NCBI GenBank assembly: GCA_017514345.1
Contig: JAFWKC010000041.1
Location: 326-64,325 of the forward strand
Reading direction: 5' to 3'
Length of the DNA: 64,000 bases
Source: Eubacterium sp.
Lineage (GTDB): Bacteria > Bacillota > Clostridia > Oscillospirales > Acutalibacteraceae
A model generated the notes under the pieces. That model saw nothing but the letters and a program-made list of their open reading frames with translations, was not told where the DNA came from and searched no databases. Shown one piece after another: positions 46,940 through 56,997 of the stretch. Within the stretch, counting starts at the first letter, position 1. The number at the start of each line of letters is the position of its first letter. The position numbers were made by a program, and so were the translations under genes.

Positions 46940-48628
46940 TTACATTGATTCAGGTGCTTCAATTTTGAGCATCGTCAAAATGTTATAGATAGTGTTTTTG
47001 ACTGCTGTACAGAGATACAGTCTTGCGTTCATAAGGCTTTTATCGTCAACAACAACGCGGTGCGCGTTGTAGAATTTATGAAACAGCGTTGCAAGCTCGA
47101 TTACGTAGTGCGTAATTCTTGCAGGGTCATAGCTTTTTGCAGCGGATATTATTTCGTCCGTCAGCGCGCTGAGATGCGTGATAAGCTCGCGTTCCTCGTC
47201 GCTGCTGAGCAGCTTAAGCTCGTTCGTATCGGGCTCGCTGAGCTCAACGCCCTGTTCCTTTGCACGTCTGAGAATTGAGCAGATACGCGCGTGAGCGTAC
47301 TGAACGTAGTAAACGGGGTTGTCGCTCGACTGCTTAGCCGCAAGCTCTAAGTCAAAGTCAAAATGTGAGTTCGGCTCGCGCAGATTGAAGAAAAATCTTG
47401 CAGCGTCAATCGGTACCTCTTCAAGCAGCGTGTTGAGCGTAATAGCCTTGCCCGAACGCTTAGAAAGCTTAATCGTTTCGCCCTCGCGTACAAGGCGTAC
47501 CATCTGCATAATCACTATATCAAGCCTGTCTGCGTCAAGACCGAGCGCCGTAAGCGCCGCCTTCATACGCGGAACGTAGCCGTGATGGTCGGCGCCGAGA
47601 ACGTCGATAGCCTTGTCAAAGCCGCGCGTAACGAGCTTGTTATAATGATAAGCGATGTCGGGTACGATATATGTCGGAAGTCCGTTTGCCCTGATAAGCA
47701 CGATGTCCTTGTCGTTGCCGTATTCGCTCGCCTTAAACCAGAGCGCGCCGTCCTGTTCATACGTCGTGCCGCGCTCCTTGAGCGCTTCAATAACTCTGTC
47801 AACAGAGCCGTCGTTGTGGAGCGTGGACTCCTTAAACCACTTGTCATAAGTAATTCTGTATTTGCCGAGGTCGCGCTCAAGTCCTGCAATATTCTTTGGA
47901 AGCGCGAAGTCAACGAGAGCCTTTCTGCGCTCGTCGCTCGGTGCGTCGGCGTACCTGTCGCCGTATTCTGCCTTGAAGCATTCCGCGTGCTCGGTAATGT
48001 CGGCGCCGTGGTATGCGTCCTCGGGCATCTCAATATCCTTGCCGCACGCCTGAAGGTATCTTACCTCAAGCGAGGTTGCAAATTTTTCAATCTGGTTTCC
48101 CGCGTCGTTGATGTAAAATTCACGCTTTACGTCGTATCCTGCGTACTCAAGCACGGAAGCAAGGCAGTCGCCGATTGCGCCGCCGCGCGCGTTGCCGATG
48201 TGCATAGGACCCGTCGGGTTAGCAGATACGAATTCAACGATGATTTTTTTGCCCTGACCGAAATCGGACTTGCCGTAATCCTCGCCGCTTTCAACAACAT
48301 CGCGTAGAATTTTTGAATAGTATTCGTCAGCAAGATAAAAGTTGATAAAGCCGGGACCTGCGATTTCAGCTCTTTCAAAGAGTGTGCCCTCTAATTCAAG
48401 ATTTGATACAATGCTTTCGGCAATCATACGCGGAGCCTTTTTGTATGCTCTTGCGCCTGCCATAGCTATATTGCTCGAAAAGTCGCCGTTTTTCTTATCT
48501 GCTGGCTTTTCGATTATGAACTCGGGCAGCTCTGCTTCTGGAAGCTCGCCGTTATTTACGGCGCTGTTAACTGCCTCGATGATTTTTTCTTTTAATTCTT
48601 CCTGCGTCTGTTTAACAATTTTTGACAT
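46940..48628 (-). CDS. argS: Arginyl-tRNA synthetase
   Basis: SANPTGPMHIGN (HIGH), KLSKRSG, YVQYAHARI. Confidence 0.97.
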   Translation of the reverse strand: MSKIVKQTQEELKEKIIEAVNSAVNNGELPEAELPEFIIEKPADKKNGDFSSNIAMAGARAYKKAPRMIAESIVSNLELEGTLFERAEIAGPGFINFYLADEYYSKILRDVVESGEDYGKSDFGQGKKIIVEFVSANPTGPMHIGNARGGAIGDCLASVLEYAGYDVKREFYINDAGNQIEKFATSLEVRYLQACGKDIEMPEDAYHGADITEHAECFKAEYGDRYADAPSDERRKALVDFALPKNIAGLERDLGKYRITYDKWFKESTLHNDGSVDRVIEALKERGTTYEQDGALWFKASEYGNDKDIVLIRANGLPTYIVPDIAYHYNKLVTRGFDKAIDVLGADHHGYVPRMKAALTALGLDADRLDIVIMQMVRLVREGETIKLSKRSGKAITLNTLLEEVPIDAARFFFNLREPNSHFDFDLELAAKQSSDNPVYYVQYAHARICSILRRAKEQGVELSEPDTNELKLLSSDEERELITHLSALTDEIISAAKSYDPARITHYVIELATLFHKFYNAHRVVVDDKSLMNARLYLCTAVKNTIYNILTMLKIEAPESM

Positions 48629-48629
48629 A

Positions 48630-49055
48630 CTAATTAATCCTTACCGTGAGTTTTACTTCGTTTTCGCTTGTGAGCGCGCCGTTTACGTCAATATCGTAGC
48701 CGAAGCTGAACGTACCCTTGCCGTTTTCAAAGCAGTTGTCAATATTCTTGCCGTAAATGCCCATAAGAATATCGCCGTAGCCCGTGCCGTAGTTGCAAAG
48801 GTTGCGCTTTGAGCGCTCAACGACAAGAAGCGAGCTGTAATCGCCCGTTCGCATAAGCTCAACCTTCTGCTCGTCCTTCGATATGGTGAGCTTCGTTCTG
48901 AGCGGCTTTTGCGGCGGCTCCTGCTCCTCGTTATAGCGAAGTATGTAGCAATCGTCGGTTTCCTCAATAGTGCCGACGGTTGTCATTTCAATTTTATCGC
49001 TGTCAAGACCGTATTTCTGCCGTCCGACAATTTTTATCAGTGCGTTTTTCTTCAT
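48630..49055 (-). CDS. DUF1934-like beta-barrel protein
   Basis: 141 aa; typical position upstream of argS; YGTGYG motif. Confidence 0.75.
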   Translation of the reverse strand: MKKNALIKIVGRQKYGLDSDKIEMTTVGTIEETDDCYILRYNEEQEPPQKPLRTKLTISKDEQKVELMRTGDYSSLLVVERSKRNLCNYGTGYGDILMGIYGKNIDNCFENGKGTFSFGYDIDVNGALTSENEVKLTVRIN

Positions 49056-49871
49056 CTATATTACCTTAAAAATATCAACAAATTCACAGCTGTCAGAGAT
49101 ATCCTCGCTCAGCAGTATATTTGCAACGTCACAGAAGTTCTGCGTCTTGTCTGACACGAAAAACCTCTGTACGCCCGCGTGATTTAAGTCGTTTTGCATA
49201 TCCTTTTCTTCAAGCACGTTTTTTACGTACTGCGCTTCGGCGAGTCCCGAGTCAATCAGCGTTACGCCGTTGCCTGCGTTTTTCTGTATAATCGGTGCGA
49301 GAATGGGGAAGTGCGTGCAGCCGAGTATGATTGTATCTGCGCCGCCTTCGATAATAGGCGCAATATATCTTCGTACGGCGGCGTTTGTTACCTCGTCGTC
49401 TATGTCAATCCAATTGCTTTCAACGAGCGAAACGAGAAGCGGACAGGATACAGAAATAATTTTTGCGTCGGGTGACAGCGCGTGAATTTCGTTATCAAAC
49501 GCGCCGCTGTTTACGGTTGCGCTCGTACCCATAACGCCGATAACGTTATTTTTTGTAGCCTCTGCAGCGGCCTTTGCCGACGGCTTTGTTATGCCCGTTG
49601 ACGGCTCGTCAATTCTTGAAAGAACGTCTGCCGCCGCTGTGGAAACGGTACCGCACGCCGCAACAATCATCTTGCACGAAAAGCTTCGTAAAAACTTGAT
49701 GTCCTGCGCCGCGTACGTTTCGACGGTTTCCTTTGACCTTGTGCCGTACGGCACTCTGCCCGTGTCGCCGAAATATATGATATCTTCGTTAGGAAGCAGT
49801 TTTTTCATCGCTCTGACGGTTGAAAGCCCGCCAAGACCTGAATCAAAAACGCCTATCGGTCTTTTATCCAT
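49056..49871 (-). CDS. murI: Glutamate racemase
   Basis: IGVFDSGLGG, ACGT, LGCTHFP. Confidence 0.96.
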   Translation of the reverse strand: MDKRPIGVFDSGLGGLSTVRAMKKLLPNEDIIYFGDTGRVPYGTRSKETVETYAAQDIKFLRSFSCKMIVAACGTVSTAAADVLSRIDEPSTGITKPSAKAAAEATKNNVIGVMGTSATVNSGAFDNEIHALSPDAKIISVSCPLLVSLVESNWIDIDDEVTNAAVRRYIAPIIEGGADTIILGCTHFPILAPIIQKNAGNGVTLIDSGLAEAQYVKNVLEEKDMQNDLNHAGVQRFFVSDKTQNFCDVANILLSEDISDSCEFVDIFKVI

Positions 49872-50052
49872 ATAGCCTCAAATCCTTAAATATCCAAGAA
49901 TGTATGCTTATTCAAGTTAACTATTCTATCATATTATTTTAATAATATCAATATTAAATTTTCTTTTTTGATATAAAATAAAAATATATAGTGACAAACG
50001 CTGTCTTTAGTGGTATAATACTATGGATTAACTGGCTGAAAGGAGTTTAACT

Positions 50053-50889
50053 ATGCAGTTAAATGAAGCTTTTAAGATAATAGAAAAGAACCTTGATTCA
50101 CTTAACACGGAACTTGAATTCAAAAAAACTGAGCAGACGGACACTTCAATTACGTTTAAGGGCGAAAAGGGCGCGTACCGTCTTGTTCACGACGGCGAAA
50201 CGAGCATACTCGCTTTTGAATGCAATTACGACAGCGGCGACGACGCACAGTTCAATACTATTTCAAGAACTCTTTTTGAGCTTTCGAGCATTGACGAGCG
50301 CGACGCAAAGAGCGCGGCAAACGAGGTGCGCGACGAGCTTGAAAGAATGTTCAAGTCACGCAAGCCCGTTGACCTTGACAAGATTAAGATGCCAAAGGCA
50401 GTTTCAAGAACGAAGGCGAAAAACGGCTCCGTAAGCTATGATACGGACTCTCTTGCAAACCGTTTCGGCGTGCTTTATCCAGAATTCAAGGACGAAATAA
50501 AGATGAATATTGCGACCTACGGCGAATTCCTTCCCGAAACGTTTTTCACCGAGCACGGCAACGCAAAGGTGCTTGACGTTATCAAAAACGGCAGCGCGGC
50601 AGACCAGAAAAAGCTTTTCAAAATGCTCGGCGAGGTATTTGAGGACGGAACGAACGAGGTGCAGGATATTATCGCAGTCACTATTCTTGGCGAAATGAAA
50701 AACGACAAGGATATGATGGAGGTTGCCGACAAATATATGACGGAATATATGTCGGGCCCCGTTCACGAGGTTAACAAAATCACAGCAAAGAAGAACGGAT
50801 ACACAAAGAAGCTTGAAAATCCGCCTGCATACAAGCCGAAGAGAAACAAGAGCTTTTCGCTCGCAAATGCGCTTGGACAGGGAAAATAA
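50053..50889 (+). CDS. Hypothetical protein
   Basis: 278 aa, AAGGAG RBS, backbone-like codon usage. Confidence 0.7.
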   Translation: MQLNEAFKIIEKNLDSLNTELEFKKTEQTDTSITFKGEKGAYRLVHDGETSILAFECNYDSGDDAQFNTISRTLFELSSIDERDAKSAANEVRDELERMFKSRKPVDLDKIKMPKAVSRTKAKNGSVSYDTDSLANRFGVLYPEFKDEIKMNIATYGEFLPETFFTEHGNAKVLDVIKNGSAADQKKLFKMLGEVFEDGTNEVQDIIAVTILGEMKNDKDMMEVADKYMTEYMSGPVHEVNKITAKKNGYTKKLENPPAYKPKRNKSFSLANALGQGK

Positions 50890-50905
50890 GCTATAATCTG
50901 GTGAA

Positions 50906-51478
50906 GTGATGAAAAGAGATTTTATATTAAAAATCACCGTTTTGCCTATTGCTCTCGGCATCGTTTTTTCGATTGTCACTGTGTCAGTTTTCTGCTTCAA
51001 GGCTGATATGTTTGCGCCCGTTTATGAGGGCGTAGTGCTGTCGAAGTACGAAGCTGCAGCCGATACGTCAAAGGTTGTCGAAAAGCCGTTTGACGAAATC
51101 GAAGCAGGCGACTGTATAGGAACGCTCAAGGGCGAAAAGGACTATCCTATCGTTGCCGACGCGCCGTATCATCAGCTTGATGACGTTGTGTCGTACGATA
51201 TAGGAAGCGCCGAGTTCGGCAAAGCGGGATACGTTTATCTCAATACTGATATCAACGTTCTCCGCGAGCTCGAAAAAGCAATTGTTTTCAGAGCGGAGGG
51301 CGATTTTGAAAAGCACGACTACGTTTTGACCGATACAAAGGATTTCAAAACTCTTGAGGCGGTAAAGGCGTACGCACCGAAGCTAAACAAGTGTATTATT
51401 GTATACGCTCCCGAGGTCGGAAAAATCGGTTTGACGGGCAACTACAAGGCCTTGATTTTTGAGGAGGTGCAGCTATGA
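50906..51478 (+). CDS. Membrane-anchored protein, possibly a degenerate class D sortase
   Basis: N-terminal TM; GTL..YPI...QL..VV...GS..FG..G.V.L pattern, but no catalytic His or TC motif. Confidence 0.4.
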   Translation: MMKRDFILKITVLPIALGIVFSIVTVSVFCFKADMFAPVYEGVVLSKYEAAADTSKVVEKPFDEIEAGDCIGTLKGEKDYPIVADAPYHQLDDVVSYDIGSAEFGKAGYVYLNTDINVLRELEKAIVFRAEGDFEKHDYVLTDTKDFKTLEAVKAYAPKLNKCIIVYAPEVGKIGLTGNYKALIFEEVQL

Positions 51479-52320
51479 AAATGACGCGCTCCAGAGAAAT
51501 TCTGGCTATTATTTTACAAGTGCTTGTCACAGCGTTCACGGCTGTGCTGATATTCAGCTTTGTAATGAATCTGACCGTAGCCTCGCATAATTACTACTCT
51601 TCAAAATTCCCCGTTACGATGCTGTCGGCAGAGGCTGAAAAGCAGCTCGAAACGAAGTACGAAATGCTGTCGAAGGAAACGGGCTTCCCAACGAGAGTTT
51701 TTATGAAGATATGCGAGGACACGCCGACATCTCAGAACGTGAAAAAATCGCTTGATAACGCGCTTGCCTCGGGCGACGGCAGCCTTTATTCAACAAGCCT
51801 GCTCGACTATTTCAATACGCTTTGTGAGGATTACGCAAAGGGAAATAATATTGATTACGACAGCGCCGATATAAATATGACGGCGCAGAAGGCGGCGAAG
51901 ATTTATAACGAAACCGTCAGCGTTTCGGGTATGGAAAGCGCCGAGCGTAAGCAAAAGGAGCTCAGAAGCAACGTAACGTTTTCGCAGTTTATTTCGCTCG
52001 TTGCGATTGTCGTATGCTCGCTTTCGCTTGTGCTTATTCACGCGAGGAAACGCCTGAGCATAACGAGAATTCTGTGCGGCATTGAGGGCGGCGGAATAAG
52101 TGCGCTTTTGGCGTCATTATTACTCAGAGTCGTTAATCCCGTGCTCAGCCTTGACATCAAGCCGCAAATCTTCCTTGAATGTCTTAGCGAAATGACGGAC
52201 AAGTTTTTCACTGTTACGGCGCTTGTGTCAGTCGCGTTTATCGCTGTTTCGCTGATAATAATGATAAACATTGAAGCAAAATACGAAAAAAAGAAGAAAG
52301 ATGAAGTGAAAATTTCATAA
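51475..52320 (+). CDS. Membrane protein (1+3 TM with soluble loop)
   Basis: Hydrophobic segments; ATGA overlap with the preceding gene. Confidence 0.65.
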   Translation: MKMTRSREILAIILQVLVTAFTAVLIFSFVMNLTVASHNYYSSKFPVTMLSAEAEKQLETKYEMLSKETGFPTRVFMKICEDTPTSQNVKKSLDNALASGDGSLYSTSLLDYFNTLCEDYAKGNNIDYDSADINMTAQKAAKIYNETVSVSGMESAERKQKELRSNVTFSQFISLVAIVVCSLSLVLIHARKRLSITRILCGIEGGGISALLASLLLRVVNPVLSLDIKPQIFLECLSEMTDKFFTVTALVSVAFIAVSLIIMINIEAKYEKKKKDEVKIS

Positions 52321-52422
52321 TTTTCAGGAATGGTTTTGCGACCGTTCCTTTTTTAATTGCTTTTTATTTTTTAATATGTTAATATAAAGTTGGATAAGTC
52401 TGTCCAAAAGAGGAGAAAGGCT

Positions 52423-55400
52423 ATGAAAACGCGTAACAGAATAATATCGCTGTTATTGTCGGCGATGCTGGTTTGCAGCGCCTTTTTCGGCGTGCCTTTT
52501 AACGCTTTTTCGTATACGGCAAGCGAGGCGTCGCTCAGCGATGTTTCGGCTTCCGACTGGATGAGCACCATTCTTGACAGCACAAAGCTTACGGAAATCA
52601 CGCTTCCAGGCACTCACGATTCCTGCGCGCGAAAATTTAAGGACGAGGATATTTTCGGTATTCTGTCGGGCGTATCGAAGTGCCAGAGCATGAACATTAC
52701 TCAGCAGCTAAATGCAGGAATTCGTTTTCTTGACATACGCTGTGAGGTTGACCCGAATTCGCTGTCCGTAAAGACGGTGCACGGCGAAACTGATTGCTGG
52801 AACGGCGACGATTACTATTATCTTGACTTTGTTTTTCAGGATATATATAACTGGCTTGACGCGCACCCGACCGAAACTGTTTTCGTATGCATTAAGGAGG
52901 ATGACGGAAACAACGGCGTTCCCAAATTTACAAATGCGATTTACGAATATATTCACGGCTACGGACAGGGTAAGTATTTTTACGGCGAAAGCTATAACTA
53001 CCACGACCGCTGGTACCTCGGTAAAACCGTTCCTACGCTCGGCGCAGTAAGGGGAAAATGCGTGCTGTTTAACCGTTTTGACCAGTATATTGCAACCGAA
53101 GCGGCAGACGGCGTTGTCGTTGACGAAAACGAGTCGGGGCAGAAAATAAAGTACAACGATTATTCTGACGGCGACTATATTGAGCCGTGCTACGTAAATA
53201 TTTACAGCTATAATACGGGCATCGGTACGGCGCATATACAGGACTACTATAAGTGGCATACTGAGGACAAAATCAAAGCGACTCAGTATATGCTGAACCT
53301 TAATCACAATCGCGGCGAATACTATATCAACTATTCGTCTACTGTGTCCGACTCATCAAGACCTAATCCTGAAAACCTTGCAAAAAAGGTTAATCCGAGC
53401 TACGAAACGTACAATTATACGCGCAATAAGCCGTCGGGTATTTACTGTATGGACTTTGCAAGCGAGTATTATGCAAGGTTTATTATCAGAAACAACGAGG
53501 CTGTCTGCGCCAACGTCACGGGAACGGACGGCAATATAAACTACTCGCTTAACCGTAATACGGGTACGCTTACAATTAGCGGAAACGGCGCGATGAACAA
53601 CTATGCCTATACGTCAGCCGTCGGCGCAAACAGCGCTGGCTCAACAGCGCCGTGGGGCGACGAGCCGACAAATTGCCTTTACGAGGGACAGTATAATACA
53701 GACTATATTACCGATATTGTCATTGAAGACGGCGTAACGTCTATCGGCTCGTACGCGTTTTACGGCTTCGACCATCTCACAAGCGTTACAATTCCCGCTT
53801 CGGTTACCTCAATCGGCGAGGGCGCGTTTGCAAGATGTACTGCATTAAAACAGCTTGATATTTCGCTTACGGGTATTACGTCAATCGGCGCGCTTGCGTT
53901 CCTCGGCTGTACGTCGCTTGAACAGTTCAACACAGCCGACTGCGTCCAGAGCTTTGGCGACAACGCTTTCGGCAATTGTCCCGAGCTTACGATTTACGGC
54001 AACAGCGGCATTCCGTCGCAGACGTACGCAAACGCAAATTCAATTCCGTACAGCGAGCCAGTTGATTTTTACAGCGTAAATTATATTAGCGGAAATAACG
54101 TCAGGGAAGCTTCAAATCCGTTTGCTGGACGAGATTTGTCAAACGGCGTTACTATCAGCTTTTCAAAATACTGCGCGACTGACGACGACTGGAACAGCGC
54201 GCTTCTCAACTTCTCAACTGGCGAAGTGAACGACAACAGATATTTCATCTTTATGGGTAACGGCGCCGTATTTTTCAACGACGGCAACGGCGGCGTTGTC
54301 AGCGGCGATAACGGCTGTTACTTTGATTTGAGAACGTCGAACAGCTTTAATACTGCCGCTTCGCGCTGGATTGACGTGACCGTTACGATTTACAAAAACG
54401 AAAACGGCGAGCATATCCTCGATTACTATACCGACGGTGCGCTTGCGTCGGAGTTTAACCTCGACAGCGTTTCTGCCTGGGGTTACCCGAACGGAGTCAG
54501 CGGAGATGACGGCGTGTTCTCTTATCTGTCGAGCGAGGATATTAACCTTTATTATGGCTCGTCGTACACGATTTACGGCACGATGGGCGGCACGGCTGAT
54601 TCGTATATTGACGACGTTAAGTTCTATAGCTATGCTCTTTCAAAGCAGGAAATCGGCGCTTTTGACGCTTCGCTGTGCTACGAGGAATATTTTGACGACG
54701 ATATGGGCGGCACGGGCGTTACGCGACAGAATACCGACGGCAATTATGTGTCGTATCAGGAATACAACGACGGCAGAAGCGGATTGGCTTTTCTTCCGTT
54801 TTCCGACGGCGGCAACGGAAATTACATCAAGGCAACGCCCGACTGGTCGCCTTACGTCGGCTGTGATACGTCAAGGGGCTTTGCAATCAGCTACTATCAG
54901 CGCGTTAACGGCAATCTCTGGACAGACAACGAAACGATAACTCTCGCGCAGGGCGAAATCAGCGAAAACAAGTATTTCACTATCGGCACCGAGGGCTACA
55001 TACGCTTCAATAACGGCAACGGCGGCAGCGACGGCTCGCTTTCGTCGGCAGGTCTGTATTTTGACCACACGACCCAGAATAATTCGCTTGTTAAGGGAAG
55101 ATGGCAGCACGTTACCGTCTGCATTATCAGCGACTATCACTTCAAGGTGTATGTCGACGGCGCGCTTACGGCTGATATTACCGTAAGAGGTACCGACAAT
55201 TACGCAAACAGGGGAGGACTGCTGAGCTTCCTTGCAAACGCGAATACAAGGCTCTATTACGGCTCGTACACTCCGTACTGGGGCACTGATACAATTTCGC
55301 TTGATAACGTAAAATGCTTCGACCACGCGCTTTCTGCAAGCGAGGTTGCGGCGCTCTACAGATGCGAAACCGAAAGCAATCCCGTTGCCGTGCTTAAGAA

Positions 55401-56748
55401 CACCTTTGGCACGGGCGACAATCTTGATATAGGCGGCTTTTGCGAATGGGATTACGGCTTCGGCACGCACAGAGGTATTCTGCACTTTTCACAGGGCGGC
55501 TCAACGGGAAATACAAAAATTTACGTTAACGGCAAAGAAAAGTCAAACACCTCGCGCCTTGCCGAGGGCAGCGTGATTAGGGCGGTGTATACTGGAAACG
55601 GCGCGATTTCGGGCTGGAAAAACACGGTTGACGGAGTGGCCGTTACTGCAAATACACAGGAGTATGAGTTTACGCTAAGCGGCAACAGTGTCGTGCGACC
55701 TGTCTGCGCGGCGACCGTGCATAATTCTGATACTACGGCGCTTCTTGAAGCGCTTGCAAGGGCGCGGACCTACAGCGCCGACGGCTATTCGGCGGAGTCA
55801 TACGCAAATCTCCAGAACAAGCTCAACGCGTATTCGTCGTATAATTCATCGCTTTCACAGTTGCAGATTGACGACGCGACAGCCGATATTCTCGGCGCAA
55901 TCAGCGACCTTACGCCGTATCTCAATCTGAGCGTAAGCGCTGAAAACGGTACGGCGAGCGAAACGGACGGCACGGTGCTATTCGGCGACACAATCAGCCT
56001 GAGCGCTTATGCCGACGAGGGCTATGAGTTCTTCGCCTGGTACGAAGCAAAAACTAAGCGCCTTGTTTCTGTAAATCAAAGCTTTTCGTTTGTAATAACG
56101 TCAAACACCGATTTAAAGGCAATTTTTATTCCCGAAAATTCAGTCGTGCTTCGCTTTGAAAACGCGAGCGGACAGCTCGTTAAGTATATTGCGAAAACGC
56201 CTGCTGAGTGGGCGCAGCTTGACGATTTGACGTCGCTTGCTCCCGCAGTTCCTTACAGATACGGATACACGGGCGGAGCGTGGGATTACGCAAATGCGCT
56301 TAACTCGCTCAAAAACGGAGGCGCCGCGCTCGTAATCCCTGTATACACCGAAGAGGAAACGGAGCTTCCTCCGCTTCCAAGCTGTACTGACAAGCCTGCG
56401 CTGTCGCTTTCGTATGAGCTTGACGGTGATAACAACGTCGGCTCGTTCCTTATGGCTGTTAACGTGCCTGACGGCATTACCGTTCAGTCGATAGGCACGG
56501 CGTTCTACTATGGAAATGCGGACGCCTTTAACCCGCGCGAGCTTGATTTGACAATCTCTAACAAGCTTACAACCTCGAAGTTCGAGGTTCCGTACGATAT
56601 AAGCGGTATATATGTAACTAATATTAATAAGCTAAGCTCGCGCTACAACTGGGCGGCGAGGGGATACGTTACGTATTACGACACAAACGGCAAGCTCCGT
56701 ACAGCATACTCAAATCAAATCAACATATCCGACAGAGCGGAAATATAG
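52423..56748 (+). CDS. Large secreted multidomain protein: PI-PLC X + BspA-type LRR + two LamG-like repeats + FIVAR-like + C-terminal beta domain
   Basis: Signal peptide; LPGTHDS...GIRFLDIR...VHG; GVTSIGSYAF repeats; internal repeat YFIFMGNGAVFFNDGNGG / YFTIGTEGYIRFNNGNGG. Confidence 0.78.
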   Translation: MKTRNRIISLLLSAMLVCSAFFGVPFNAFSYTASEASLSDVSASDWMSTILDSTKLTEITLPGTHDSCARKFKDEDIFGILSGVSKCQSMNITQQLNAGIRFLDIRCEVDPNSLSVKTVHGETDCWNGDDYYYLDFVFQDIYNWLDAHPTETVFVCIKEDDGNNGVPKFTNAIYEYIHGYGQGKYFYGESYNYHDRWYLGKTVPTLGAVRGKCVLFNRFDQYIATEAADGVVVDENESGQKIKYNDYSDGDYIEPCYVNIYSYNTGIGTAHIQDYYKWHTEDKIKATQYMLNLNHNRGEYYINYSSTVSDSSRPNPENLAKKVNPSYETYNYTRNKPSGIYCMDFASEYYARFIIRNNEAVCANVTGTDGNINYSLNRNTGTLTISGNGAMNNYAYTSAVGANSAGSTAPWGDEPTNCLYEGQYNTDYITDIVIEDGVTSIGSYAFYGFDHLTSVTIPASVTSIGEGAFARCTALKQLDISLTGITSIGALAFLGCTSLEQFNTADCVQSFGDNAFGNCPELTIYGNSGIPSQTYANANSIPYSEPVDFYSVNYISGNNVREASNPFAGRDLSNGVTISFSKYCATDDDWNSALLNFSTGEVNDNRYFIFMGNGAVFFNDGNGGVVSGDNGCYFDLRTSNSFNTAASRWIDVTVTIYKNENGEHILDYYTDGALASEFNLDSVSAWGYPNGVSGDDGVFSYLSSEDINLYYGSSYTIYGTMGGTADSYIDDVKFYSYALSKQEIGAFDASLCYEEYFDDDMGGTGVTRQNTDGNYVSYQEYNDGRSGLAFLPFSDGGNGNYIKATPDWSPYVGCDTSRGFAISYYQRVNGNLWTDNETITLAQGEISENKYFTIGTEGYIRFNNGNGGSDGSLSSAGLYFDHTTQNNSLVKGRWQHVTVCIISDYHFKVYVDGALTADITVRGTDNYANRGGLLSFLANANTRLYYGSYTPYWGTDTISLDNVKCFDHALSASEVAALYRCETESNPVAVLKNTFGTGDNLDIGGFCEWDYGFGTHRGILHFSQGGSTGNTKIYVNGKEKSNTSRLAEGSVIRAVYTGNGAISGWKNTVDGVAVTANTQEYEFTLSGNSVVRPVCAATVHNSDTTALLEALARARTYSADGYSAESYANLQNKLNAYSSYNSSLSQLQIDDATADILGAISDLTPYLNLSVSAENGTASETDGTVLFGDTISLSAYADEGYEFFAWYEAKTKRLVSVNQSFSFVITSNTDLKAIFIPENSVVLRFENASGQLVKYIAKTPAEWAQLDDLTSLAPAVPYRYGYTGGAWDYANALNSLKNGGAALVIPVYTEEETELPPLPSCTDKPALSLSYELDGDNNVGSFLMAVNVPDGITVQSIGTAFYYGNADAFNPRELDLTISNKLTTSKFEVPYDISGIYVTNINKLSSRYNWAARGYVTYYDTNGKLRTAYSNQINISDRAEI

Positions 56749-56997
56749 CTAAATCAGCACTTAAGCCTCGGAGTAATCCGAGGCTTGTTCTTTATAAAAC
56801 TGCATAATCTGTTAACGTTTTTGTCAAAGTCGAGGGACCTTTTACGCGTGATTGTTAAAAATTTATCAAACTGATGTGATAATGCACAAAGATTTTGCAC
56901 ATACATTGACAATTTGTTAAATATCTCTATAATAGTTACTAACGCGTGCTAAGAAGCGCGTAAATTCAGTAATTCTATTTAAGAGAGGTATATAACT

